The position numbers were made by a program, and so were the translations under genes. From positions 44,047 through 108,046 of the forward strand of contig JAPKMP010000004.1 in assembly GCA_026645935.1 (NCBI GenBank): a DNA stretch of 64,000 nt. The letters run 5' to 3'. This stretch comes from Candidatus Villigracilaceae bacterium (GTDB lineage Bacteria; Chloroflexota; Anaerolineae; Anaerolineales; Villigracilaceae). Shown piece after piece: positions 52,146 through 60,869 of the stretch (within the stretch, counting starts at the first letter, position 1; each line of letters opens with the position of its first letter). Below the pieces are notes generated by a model that saw nothing but the letters and a program-made list of their open reading frames with translations, was not told where the DNA came from and ran no database searches.

Positions 52146-52775
52146 TTACACCTTTTCCCCGATCACCATCACCAGCGTGCTTGAGTTCAATTCCATTGTT
52201 TTAACTTCGACCTGGAACCCCGATCTGCCGAACGGCTCTGCCATTCTTTTCATCAGCGCTTCATTCAGGCTTTCGGGAGTTTCCCCGGTCACTTTGTATA
52301 GCCATTTGAGAAATCCATTGGAGGGAAATGCCGCAGGCAGGACGACCAGTTTGCCCGGATTTGCAAGCACGCGGCGAATCTCCTTGAGTGTACGCAGATC
52401 GAAGATGTATTCGCTCGGGAATGTGGAAACGACGGTATCGAACGAGTGTGTGTCAAATGGCAGGGACTGGGCGAGTCCGCGCGCGAGTTTGTGATTTGCG
52501 CCGAGGCGGCGGCTGGCGAGATTCCCCATCTGGGTGGATTCATCCAACCCGGCAGGATCCAGCCCCCGGTCACGCAAGAAGCGCTGCAAGTGTCCGGGTC
52601 CATGACCCAGCTCGAGGATGCGAGTCCCTTCGATGTACGGAAAGACGCTGAAGACCCAGTCCTTCCACTGCCCGAAGGAGACGATCCATGCCACGAGGTC
52701 ATAGGTGAAAGCAAAGGGATGATAGAGTAAGAAATAAAAAAAGCGCATGAAGCGACGCATGGCACGGAAACGCAA
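52146..52775 (-). CDS. class I SAM-dependent methyltransferase
   Basis: 209 aa with motif I ILELGHGPGHL. Confidence 0.7.
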   Translation of the reverse strand: MRFRAMRRFMRFFYFLLYHPFAFTYDLVAWIVSFGQWKDWVFSVFPYIEGTRILELGHGPGHLQRFLRDRGLDPAGLDESTQMGNLASRRLGANHKLARGLAQSLPFDTHSFDTVVSTFPSEYIFDLRTLKEIRRVLANPGKLVVLPAAFPSNGFLKWLYKVTGETPESLNEALMKRMAEPFGRSGFQVEVKTMELNSSTLVMVIGEKV

Positions 52776-52842
52776 CGACCCTTGTCGTTCCAGGGGTCAA
52801 AAGCCTTCTGACTCTTGACGCTGAATTCTTAACGAAACAAAA

Positions 52843-52871
52843 CGAGGGTTTGACTCATCGTCAAACCCTCG
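52843..52871 (-). terminator. intrinsic terminator after the YtxH gene
   Basis: cgagggtttga-ctcatcg-tcaaaccctcg is an 11-bp stem followed on the minus strand by TTTTGTTT. Confidence 0.7.
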
Positions 52872-52884
52872 CAGGTCATATGAA

Positions 52885-53229
52885 TTACACGGGTGTGGGC
52901 TCGTCGCCCTTCTTGGTCTTGCGCACGGCATCGAGGGCGCTTTTGCCGCGTTCTTTGACCTCGGCGGCAAGTTGTTCGGCGCGCACCTTGGCTTCGTGGG
53001 CGAGTTCCTCGGCGCGGGCCCGGGCTTCCTTGGCGGCGGCTTCGGCGCGGGCGTAAGCTTCTTCGGCAGACATCTTCGCCTTGTCGCGCAATTCGATGGA
53101 TTTATCCTTGATCAATGCGCGAGTCTCTTCGCCTGATTGCGGGGCAAAGAGCAGCGCGACGACGGCGCCAGTCAGCCCGCCGACGATAAATCCTACAAGA
53201 AAGGCTCCAAATTCATCACGGTCAGACAT
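52885..53229 (-). CDS. YtxH-domain protein
   Basis: 114 aa with FLVGFIVGGLTGAVVALLFAPQSGEETR, then an Ala/Glu/Lys-rich helix. Confidence 0.8.
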   Translation of the reverse strand: MSDRDEFGAFLVGFIVGGLTGAVVALLFAPQSGEETRALIKDKSIELRDKAKMSAEEAYARAEAAAKEARARAEELAHEAKVRAEQLAAEVKERGKSALDAVRKTKKGDEPTPV

Positions 53230-53264
53230 GGTATTTCTCCTTTTGAGTCAGATGGGAATCAATT

Positions 53265-53732
53265 TTATTTAGGTTTTATACCCAACAATTCTAACATACG
53301 CTTCAAGCCGGCCAGATAACCATTCAGCTTGATAACCGGTTCAACGACATTCTCGCCTAAAAACTCGGCCGTGCCCCTTAACGTGTTCACTGTTTCGCTG
53401 GTGGCGTGCAGGATCGGGCGGACTTCATTCTGCAGAAGGTTGATCAGGCTGGCAAGTTGGACGATCAGCACGATGAGCGCAACCCCGATGACAAGCGTTT
53501 CGAGCGCGACAACGATGATAAAGACATCGCGGATCCTGTCGGTGGGGGTGGTTGGCTGGAGCAGGAAATAGATCGCCACGCCGAGCAAGGCGACCAGCAG
53601 GACAACGACGGCGATGATGCCCGCCATCATCAGTTTTTGTTTGCGATCCTGCTCGCGCAGCTCCGCCAATTGTTCAGGGGTCAACGAGGGGGAAGGTTCG
53701 GAAGCGGTTTCAGCGGGGAGGGGCGTTGCCAT
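53265..53732 (-). CDS. DUF948-like membrane protein
   Basis: 155 aa with two TM helices, then a coiled segment. It is paired with ytxH as in Firmicutes. Confidence 0.5.
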   Translation of the reverse strand: MATPLPAETASEPSPSLTPEQLAELREQDRKQKLMMAGIIAVVVLLVALLGVAIYFLLQPTTPTDRIRDVFIIVVALETLVIGVALIVLIVQLASLINLLQNEVRPILHATSETVNTLRGTAEFLGENVVEPVIKLNGYLAGLKRMLELLGIKPK

Positions 53733-54036
53733 GAATTCATTATAGCAGATTCAGGATTCAGAAAAAAGTTGGAGTGAATGAATTCCGGCGCCTCGTCCCC
53801 GTGCCGGACTCGATTCCGTCCATTGGGTTGCAGCTTCATCCCCGGCAATTCCATCCCATGTCTGACGGTTTCCACAAACCCTCCGAGGCAACGACTTCAT
53901 GCCCCGTTGAGCGAAGTTGTTTTGCCAGAACGCCGCCGACAAATTCCGTTGCACCTGTAACGAATATCTCGTTTTACTTTCCGCTGAATTGTGGATGGTT
54001 TTACTCCACATATCATCGTGATTCCCTTGACTCCCC

Positions 54037-54077
54037 CTACCGACGGTAGTACACTAATCCTACCTACCGTTCGGTAG
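54037..54077. promoter_or_regulatory. twin palindromic operator candidates upstream of the TetR gene
   Basis: ctaccg-a-cggtag (54037-54049) and ctaccg-tt-cggtag (54064-54077) share the same half-site, 27 nt apart centre to centre. The second ends 12 nt before the ATG. Confidence 0.55.
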
Positions 54078-54089
54078 GGAAGGAGATCC

Positions 54090-54650
54090 ATGACCAGAGA
54101 CGACGTTCTCGATGCCGCCGCCCAGGTGTTCAGGCAGAAGGGATTCCACGGCGCGTCCATGTCCGATATCGCTGCCGCAGTGAACGTTCAAAAGGCGAGC
54201 CTCTATCATCATGTCTCATCCAAACAGGAGATTTTGCTCGAACTATTGGAGCGGGCGTTGCAGATCCTGACCGTCCGAATCTCCACAGTCGCCGGGCAGA
54301 ACGATCCCGCAGATAAAAAATTACGTCAAATGATCAGGGTTTACCTGCAATTGCTGGCGGAGAACGCGGACCTTTCCTCCGTCCTTCTGTTCGAACACCG
54401 CTCGCTCGATAAAAAATCGCACACCCGCCACGTCCCTCAACGCGACAAGTTCGAGGCGCTCTGGCGGGGTGTTCTTAATGAAGGCGTGCGAGCGAAGGTC
54501 TTCGATATGAAGGATATCGGCCTGACCGTTCGCGCTTTGATGGGGGTGATGAACTGGACTCTCACCTGGTATCACCCCGGCGGCGGGAAAACAATCGACC
54601 AGATCGCCGATGAATATGCCGACCTTATCCTGAACGGGTTGTTGAAGTAG
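54090..54650 (+). CDS. TetR/AcrR-family transcriptional regulator (FadR-like by context)
   Basis: 186 aa with the HTH FHGASMSDIAAAVNVQKASLYHHVSSKQEIL. It is the first gene of the beta-oxidation operon. Confidence 0.85.
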   Translation: MTRDDVLDAAAQVFRQKGFHGASMSDIAAAVNVQKASLYHHVSSKQEILLELLERALQILTVRISTVAGQNDPADKKLRQMIRVYLQLLAENADLSSVLLFEHRSLDKKSHTRHVPQRDKFEALWRGVLNEGVRAKVFDMKDIGLTVRALMGVMNWTLTWYHPGGGKTIDQIADEYADLILNGLLK

Positions 54651-54689
54651 ACGGGTTTCCGGATCGATATTTGAAAGGAGAAAAGAAGA

Positions 54690-55784
54690 ATGTATTCCTT
54701 TGAACCAAATGAAGAACAACAAATGTTGATGGATGCTGTGGGGAAGTATGCTGCGAACGACCTGCGCGCCGCGGCGCACGACGCCGAAGAAAGCCGCGAA
54801 CTGCCCAGGAAGCTCATCGGCAAAGGCTGGGAGCTCGGCTTGCTGCAAGCCTCCACACCCGAAGCGTACGGCGGCTTCGGTGAGCGCTCCGCGGTCACCG
54901 GCGCGCTGGCGGTCGAGGAAATGGCGTTCGGCGATCTCGCGGGCGCTCTCGCTGTGATGACCCCTTCCTTGTTCGCAACTCCCATTTTGCTCGGCGGCAG
55001 CGAAGAGCAAAGACAGGAATATCTTCCGAACATTGTCGGAGGTGAATGGGCGCCGTACACAGCCGCGCTCATTGAGTACACATTCGACTTCGACCCGAAT
55101 GCACTCCGCACCACCGCAAAGGTCGAGGGCGACGGCTATGCTCTCAACGGGGAAAAAGCATTCGTCCCGTTCGCCAAGGATGCAGAGGCGATGATCGTGT
55201 ACGCAAATCTCAACGGTGTCACGCAGGGATTCATCGTCCCGAAAGATGCGGCGGGATTATCCATCGGCGAACGCGAGAAGTTGATGGGATTGAATGCGCT
55301 GCCGCTCCATCGTGTCAAACTGGATAATGTGAAGGTTCCCGCGACGAATCGACTCGGCGGCGCCCCGGGTCACGACTTCGGCTTGGTCCTGTCTGCGATG
55401 CGTGTTGCCTCCGCCTCAGCCGCTTTGGGGGTTGCGAAAGCCTCTTTCGAATATTCAAAGAACTACGCAAAAGAACGCGAAGCCTTCGGGGTGAAGATCG
55501 CGCAAAAACAGGCGGTCGCTTTCATGCTGGCAGAGATGGTGACTGAGATCGAGTCCATACGGCTACTGACCTGGGAAGCCGCCTGGAAACTCGATACCAA
55601 CAAGGAAGACTCCTGTGTCGCGGCTTATCTCGCCTTCACCGGTGCATGCGATATGGCGATGATGGTCACTGACCGCGGCGTGCAAATTCTCGGAGGCCAC
55701 GGCTACATCCGCGAGCACCCTGTCGAGTTGTTCATGAGGAACGGCCGCGGTTTCCCGATGCTTTTAGGACTCGCAATTGTCTAG
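54690..55784 (+). CDS. acyl-CoA dehydrogenase-family protein lacking the usual catalytic glutamate (probable non-catalytic partner subunit)
   Basis: 364 aa with an ACAD fold. The C-terminus reads GGHGYIREHPVELFMRNGRGFPMLLGLAIV with no YEGT-type Glu. The alternative IVD-type Glu position reads SAMR. Confidence 0.65.
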   Translation: MYSFEPNEEQQMLMDAVGKYAANDLRAAAHDAEESRELPRKLIGKGWELGLLQASTPEAYGGFGERSAVTGALAVEEMAFGDLAGALAVMTPSLFATPILLGGSEEQRQEYLPNIVGGEWAPYTAALIEYTFDFDPNALRTTAKVEGDGYALNGEKAFVPFAKDAEAMIVYANLNGVTQGFIVPKDAAGLSIGEREKLMGLNALPLHRVKLDNVKVPATNRLGGAPGHDFGLVLSAMRVASASAALGVAKASFEYSKNYAKEREAFGVKIAQKQAVAFMLAEMVTEIESIRLLTWEAAWKLDTNKEDSCVAAYLAFTGACDMAMMVTDRGVQILGGHGYIREHPVELFMRNGRGFPMLLGLAIV

Positions 55785-55858
55785 CGATTCTTTCCTCTTT
55801 CTTCTTCCATGGCTCAACAAAGATGAAGAAGAAGGAAAAGATGCCAAGGAGATAACTA

Positions 55859-57118
55859 ATGACCATAGAATTTGAAGCGCCCAAACCCATCGCCCAGATG
55901 CAGATGATGCTGCAGACCGTCGCGGAAAATATGATGAGGTCCGTTTCGCGCGATTTCGACGAAAACGAGCATGCGATCCCCTGGGATTACGTTGAATTCA
56001 TGCACACTGCCATGAAAGCGGCTGGCGGCGGCGGAGGCTTGACTGTCACGGAAGGTAAACCGAAAGAAGGCGCCGAAAAGCGTCCGCCCATTGGTTATCA
56101 GCGGCTGGCGGCGCAGATCGAAATGCTCTCCTGGGGCGATGTGGGTTTTTATCTAGTCACCCCTGGCGGAGGTTTGGGGGCTGCGGCTGTTGTTGCGGCT
56201 GGCTCCCCGGAGCAAAAAGCCAAGTTCCTCACCCGTTTCAATGAAGAGAAGCCGACCTTCGCCGCGATGTGCATGACCGAGCCGGGGGCGGGTTCCGATA
56301 CTTCCGCGATTCGCGCGCGTGCCGTGCTGGATGAAAAGTCCAACGAATGGGTGATCAACGGTGAGAAGATCTTCGTCACTGCGGGAGATAAATCCTTCAA
56401 CGAGTATGAAAAATTCGGCAAGGGATTCATTGTTGTGTGGGCAAGCATCGATCCTTCAGCTGGACGGGCTGGGATGCGAGCCTTTGTCGTCGAAGCAGGG
56501 ACGCCCGGCGTGAAGGTAACCAAGCTTGAGCATAAACTCGGTATCCGCGCAAGCGATACGGCTTCGATCTCTCTCGTAGATGCGCGGGTTCCGTTCGAAA
56601 ACCTGCTCGGCAAACCGACCGTTGAAAAGACAACGACCGGATTCAAAGGGGCAATGGCAACCTTCGATGCGACCCGGCCCCTCGTGGCGGCGTCTGGTTT
56701 GGGCGTGGCAAGAGCCGCGCTCGAATTCCTCAAAGAGAAATTGATGGAGAACGGAGTGCAGATCCGCTATGGAATGCCGCGGAACAAGCTGACTTCGATC
56801 GAAAAAGATGTGATCGACATGGAGATCCAATTGCGCTCTGCCTGGTTATTGGTCCTGAAGGCGGTCTGGATGGCGGATAACAAGAAACCCAACGCTCTCG
56901 AATCGTCGATGAGCAAGGTGCGCGCGGGCGATGTGGTCACGAAGATCACGCAGAAGGCCGTGGAGATCATGGGACCTCTCGGATACAGCCGCGAATTCCT
57001 ATTGGAGAAATGGTTCCGCGACGCGAAGATCACGGATATCTATGAAGGCACGGGGCAGATCAATCGGCTCGTGGTGGCACGGCAGATTTTGGGTTACAGC
57101 GGAAGCGAATTGCGATAG
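55859..57118 (+). CDS. acyl-CoA dehydrogenase
   Basis: 419 aa with CMTEPGAGSD and the C-terminal FRDAKITDIYEGTGQINRLVVAR, which carries the catalytic Glu. Confidence 0.85.
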   Translation: MTIEFEAPKPIAQMQMMLQTVAENMMRSVSRDFDENEHAIPWDYVEFMHTAMKAAGGGGGLTVTEGKPKEGAEKRPPIGYQRLAAQIEMLSWGDVGFYLVTPGGGLGAAAVVAAGSPEQKAKFLTRFNEEKPTFAAMCMTEPGAGSDTSAIRARAVLDEKSNEWVINGEKIFVTAGDKSFNEYEKFGKGFIVVWASIDPSAGRAGMRAFVVEAGTPGVKVTKLEHKLGIRASDTASISLVDARVPFENLLGKPTVEKTTTGFKGAMATFDATRPLVAASGLGVARAALEFLKEKLMENGVQIRYGMPRNKLTSIEKDVIDMEIQLRSAWLLVLKAVWMADNKKPNALESSMSKVRAGDVVTKITQKAVEIMGPLGYSREFLLEKWFRDAKITDIYEGTGQINRLVVARQILGYSGSELR

Positions 57119-57207
57119 CAGTTGAAGGTTGAATGTTCAAGGCTGAAGGTTTTTCTGGCTATTAAACCTTCGACAAGAAACTTTAAACCTGCAACTAAAG
57201 GAGAACC

Positions 57208-59589
57208 ATGAAATACCACATTCACAAAGCCGTCGTCATCGGCTCGGGGACAATGGGTGCGGCGATTGCGGCTCACCTGGCGAATATCGGCGTGCCAGTG
57301 ACGCTGCTGGATATTGTCCCGAACGACTCGCCCGATAAAGACAAGATCGTCAGGGAGGGCTGGGACCGATGCCTGAAGGCGCGCCCCGCCAATTTGATGG
57401 CGAAGGATTTGGAAACCTTTGTTACGCTTGGCAACCTTGAGGAGGATTTTGATTCGATTGCCGAAGCGGATTGGATCTGCGAAGCCATCATCGAGAATTT
57501 GAAGATCAAGCAGGATCTGATGATGCGCATCGACGAAGTCCGCAAGCCGAACGCGATCGTCACAACGAACACGTCGGGCATCCCCGTCCATTCGATTGCG
57601 GAAGGGCGCTCGAAAGAATTCAAGAAACATTTTCTCGGCACGCACTTTTTCAATCCGCCGCGCTATTTGAAACTGCTGGAGATCATCCCAACGGCGGATA
57701 CATCCAAGGAAGTCGTCGAGTTCTTCAACCACTTCGGGGAATATCGCCTGGGCAAGGGAATCGTGCTCTGCAAGGACACGCCGAACTTTATCGGCAACCG
57801 GGTCGCGTTCGGCACGGGCGCATTCGCGATGGATTTCATCCTCGAAAATGGATACACCGTGGATGAAGTGGATGCGCTTACGGGGTCTTTGATGGGCCGA
57901 CCAAAGACGGCAACTTTCCGTTTGATCGACCTGGTCGGCGTGGACGTCTGGCATCACGTCGGGGCGAACCTCGCGCCGCTGATCCCGCATGACGCGCTCG
58001 GGCAGAAATATCTCGCCGCCGAAAAGCCGAAGAAATTGATGGACACCCTGCTCGAACGCAAGTGGCTGGGCAATAAAACCAAAGTCGGATTTTACAAGGA
58101 GGTGCGCGGAGAGGACGGAAAGAAGGAATTTTATTCTCTCGATCTCATGACAATGGAACACGTCCCGGCGACCAAGCCGCGTTTCGACTCGGTCAAGGCG
58201 GCGAAGGATGTCGAGGGATTGGGCGACAGGCTCAAGGTCATGCTCGAGGCGGATGATAAGGCAGGGAAACTCGTCAGAGCATTGACCTATCAAAGTCTCC
58301 AATATGTTTCTTCGATCATCCCCGAAGTCGCAGACACCCCGAAGCCGGTCGATGACGCCGTCTGCTGGGGCTTCATGCATGAGGCGGGTCCATTCGAGAC
58401 ATGGGACATGCTCGGCGTAAAGGAGACCGTCAAGCGCATGAAAGCGGAGGGCTATCCTGCCGCGAAGTGGGTGGAAGAGATGTTGAAAGCGGGCGTCGAA
58501 ACCTTCTATCAATACAAGGGAGAAAACAAGATCGGAGTATATGACGTCGTCAAAAAGAAATATGCGAAATTGAAACAGCCCGAGGGTTTTGTGTTGTTGA
58601 AAGAATTGCGCGGCACGAAGAAGGAAATGAGTAAGAACGCCGGCGCGACATTGTTCGATATTGGCGACGGCGTGGGGCTGGTGGAATTCCACACGAAGAT
58701 GAATGCGCTCGACGATGATATTTTTGCAATTGCGACGGAAGCGATCGACCGCCTCGATAGCGACTTCGACGGGCTGGTGATCGGCAATGAAGGCGAGCAC
58801 TTCAGCGCAGGCGCGAACCTGTTCATGGTCGTGGTTGCGGCGCAGCAGGGAATGTGGGATCAATTGGAACTGGCGGTCCGCAAATTGCAGGATATGAATA
58901 TGCGGATGCGGTATTCGCCGAAACCGATCGTGGTGGCTCCGGTTGGATATGCATTTGGGGGCGGTTGCGAGATCACCATGCATGCCTCGCGCATTGTCGC
59001 GGCATCCGAGACTTATATCGGGTTGGTCGAACTCGGCGCCGGGGTCATCCCGGCAGGCGCAGGGACAAAGGAGATCATGAGGCGCATCATCAACCCGGCG
59101 ATGAAGACCGAAAATGCCGAGGCGTTCCCGTTCATTCAACGCGCATTCCTGCAAATTGGACAGGCAAAGGTCGCCACTTCCGCTGAAGAGGCGCGGACGA
59201 TGGGAATCCTTGGTCCGCAGGACCGGGTCGTGATTAACCGCGATCATCTGCTGACCGAAGCCAAGAAAGAAGTCCTGCATATGATCTCGTCCGGCTATAA
59301 ACCGCCCGCGCCTGAATTGATCTATGCGCCGGGGCGCGACATGTACGGCGCGATGAAGATCGGCGCGTGGAGTTTCAGGGAAGGCAAATACATCAGCGAC
59401 TACGACGCGCACATCGCCTCCAAACTTGCGTATGTGATGGCCGGCGGTTGTCTTTCGAAGCCGACCTGGGTGAGCGAAGGATACATCCTGGATCTGGAAC
59501 GGGAAGCGTTCCTGTCGCTTTGCGGTGAAGAGAAGACGCAGGCGAGGATGTGGTCGCTGCTGCAGACGGGGAAGCCGTTGAGGAATTAG
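57208..59589 (+). CDS. 3-hydroxyacyl-CoA dehydrogenase / enoyl-CoA hydratase fusion (FadN/FadB-like)
   Basis: 793 aa with an N-terminal Rossmann motif VVIGSGTMGAAIAAHLA and a C-terminal crotonase-like region (FSAGANL). Confidence 0.85.
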   Translation: MKYHIHKAVVIGSGTMGAAIAAHLANIGVPVTLLDIVPNDSPDKDKIVREGWDRCLKARPANLMAKDLETFVTLGNLEEDFDSIAEADWICEAIIENLKIKQDLMMRIDEVRKPNAIVTTNTSGIPVHSIAEGRSKEFKKHFLGTHFFNPPRYLKLLEIIPTADTSKEVVEFFNHFGEYRLGKGIVLCKDTPNFIGNRVAFGTGAFAMDFILENGYTVDEVDALTGSLMGRPKTATFRLIDLVGVDVWHHVGANLAPLIPHDALGQKYLAAEKPKKLMDTLLERKWLGNKTKVGFYKEVRGEDGKKEFYSLDLMTMEHVPATKPRFDSVKAAKDVEGLGDRLKVMLEADDKAGKLVRALTYQSLQYVSSIIPEVADTPKPVDDAVCWGFMHEAGPFETWDMLGVKETVKRMKAEGYPAAKWVEEMLKAGVETFYQYKGENKIGVYDVVKKKYAKLKQPEGFVLLKELRGTKKEMSKNAGATLFDIGDGVGLVEFHTKMNALDDDIFAIATEAIDRLDSDFDGLVIGNEGEHFSAGANLFMVVVAAQQGMWDQLELAVRKLQDMNMRMRYSPKPIVVAPVGYAFGGGCEITMHASRIVAASETYIGLVELGAGVIPAGAGTKEIMRRIINPAMKTENAEAFPFIQRAFLQIGQAKVATSAEEARTMGILGPQDRVVINRDHLLTEAKKEVLHMISSGYKPPAPELIYAPGRDMYGAMKIGAWSFREGKYISDYDAHIASKLAYVMAGGCLSKPTWVSEGYILDLEREAFLSLCGEEKTQARMWSLLQTGKPLRN

Positions 59590-59675
59590 TTGTTGGTTCA
59601 AGGTTGAATGTTGGAAGGTTGAAAGTAAAAAACTTGAAACCTTTAAGCTTAGACCTGTAACCCAAGGAGAGACTT

Positions 59676-60860
59676 GTGACTATACGAGATGCTGTTATCG
59701 TTAGCGCCGCCCGAACCCCTGTAGGCAAAGCCAAACGGGGGGGGCTTGCAACCGTCCGTCCTGACGAGATGGGCGCAACGGTCATCAAAGAATTATTGAA
59801 TCGGACACCGAACCTGGACCCCGCCCAGATCGAAGATGTGGTTTTGGGATGCGCGTTCCCTGAAGGCGAGCAGGGAATGAATTTCGCGCGCACGATTTCG
59901 ATCAGAGCAGGGCTTCCCGACAGCGTGCCTGCCGAAACCATCAACCGCTATTGTTCGTCGGGTGTACAGTCCATAGCGCATGTGGCGAACGCGATCCAAG
60001 CCGGGCAGATCGAGATCGGGATCGGCGGCGGCGTGGAGTCGATGTCCATGGTGCCGATGATGGGCTACAAATTCTCGCCCAACCCGCAGTTCGCAATGGA
60101 ATTGCCGCATTACTACACCAATATGGGACTCACTGCCGAGAATGTCGCTGTGAAGTATGGAATCACCCGCGAGCAGCAGGATGAATTCGCGCTTCATTCC
60201 AACCTGAAAGCTGCCCGGGCGGTGGATAGCGGACTCTTTGACCCCGAACTGGTTCCGATCGATGTCGAAGTCAACGAATACGTGGACGGCAAATCGGTCA
60301 AACGCACATTCGCGGTCAAACGCGATGAAGGTCCGCGCGGCGACTCGACCCTTGATGGGCTTGCCAAGCTCAAGCCTGCATTCAAGGATGGAGGCACGGT
60401 CACTGCGGGAAATGCGTCGCAGATGTCCGATGGCGCGGCGGCAGTGATGGTCATGTCTGCAGAGAAAGCCTCGGAATTGGGATTAAGCCCATTGGCCAGA
60501 TTCGTCTCGTTTACCGTGGGAGGCGTCCCGCCCGAGTTGATGGGGATCGGACCGGTCGTGGCGATTCCCAAAGCGTTAAAACTTGCGGGGTTATCGCTCA
60601 ACGATATCAACCTGATCGAGCTGAACGAAGCCTTCGCCGCGCAGGGGCTTGCCGTGATGCAAACGCTGGAAATCGATCCCGAGAAAGTCAACGTCAACGG
60701 AGGCGCAATTGCGCTTGGGCATCCGCTTGGCTGCACCGGCTCCAAACTCACCACACAGTTGATCTATGAAATGGGACGGCGCAAATCGAAATACGGCATG
60801 GTCACAATGTGCATTGGCGGCGGCATGGGCGCGGCGGCGGTGTTTGAAAATTTGCAGTAA
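59676..60860 (+). CDS. fadA: acetyl-CoA C-acyltransferase (thiolase)
   Basis: 394 aa with a GTG start and AAGGAG upstream. It has NRYCSSGVQ (active Cys), NEAFAAQ and GHPLGCTGS. Confidence 0.9.
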   Translation: MTIRDAVIVSAARTPVGKAKRGGLATVRPDEMGATVIKELLNRTPNLDPAQIEDVVLGCAFPEGEQGMNFARTISIRAGLPDSVPAETINRYCSSGVQSIAHVANAIQAGQIEIGIGGGVESMSMVPMMGYKFSPNPQFAMELPHYYTNMGLTAENVAVKYGITREQQDEFALHSNLKAARAVDSGLFDPELVPIDVEVNEYVDGKSVKRTFAVKRDEGPRGDSTLDGLAKLKPAFKDGGTVTAGNASQMSDGAAAVMVMSAEKASELGLSPLARFVSFTVGGVPPELMGIGPVVAIPKALKLAGLSLNDINLIELNEAFAAQGLAVMQTLEIDPEKVNVNGGAIALGHPLGCTGSKLTTQLIYEMGRRKSKYGMVTMCIGGGMGAAAVFENLQ

Positions 60861-60869
60861 GATTACCGG

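Noticed and set aside
57094-59601. An 835-aa minus-strand ORF spanning the whole fadN-like gene.
   Set aside because: It is an antisense shadow of a well-supported + strand gene. Its translation is Arg/His/Pro-rich low-complexity sequence with no recognisable motif and no RBS. Long antisense ORFs are expected in GC-rich coding DNA.
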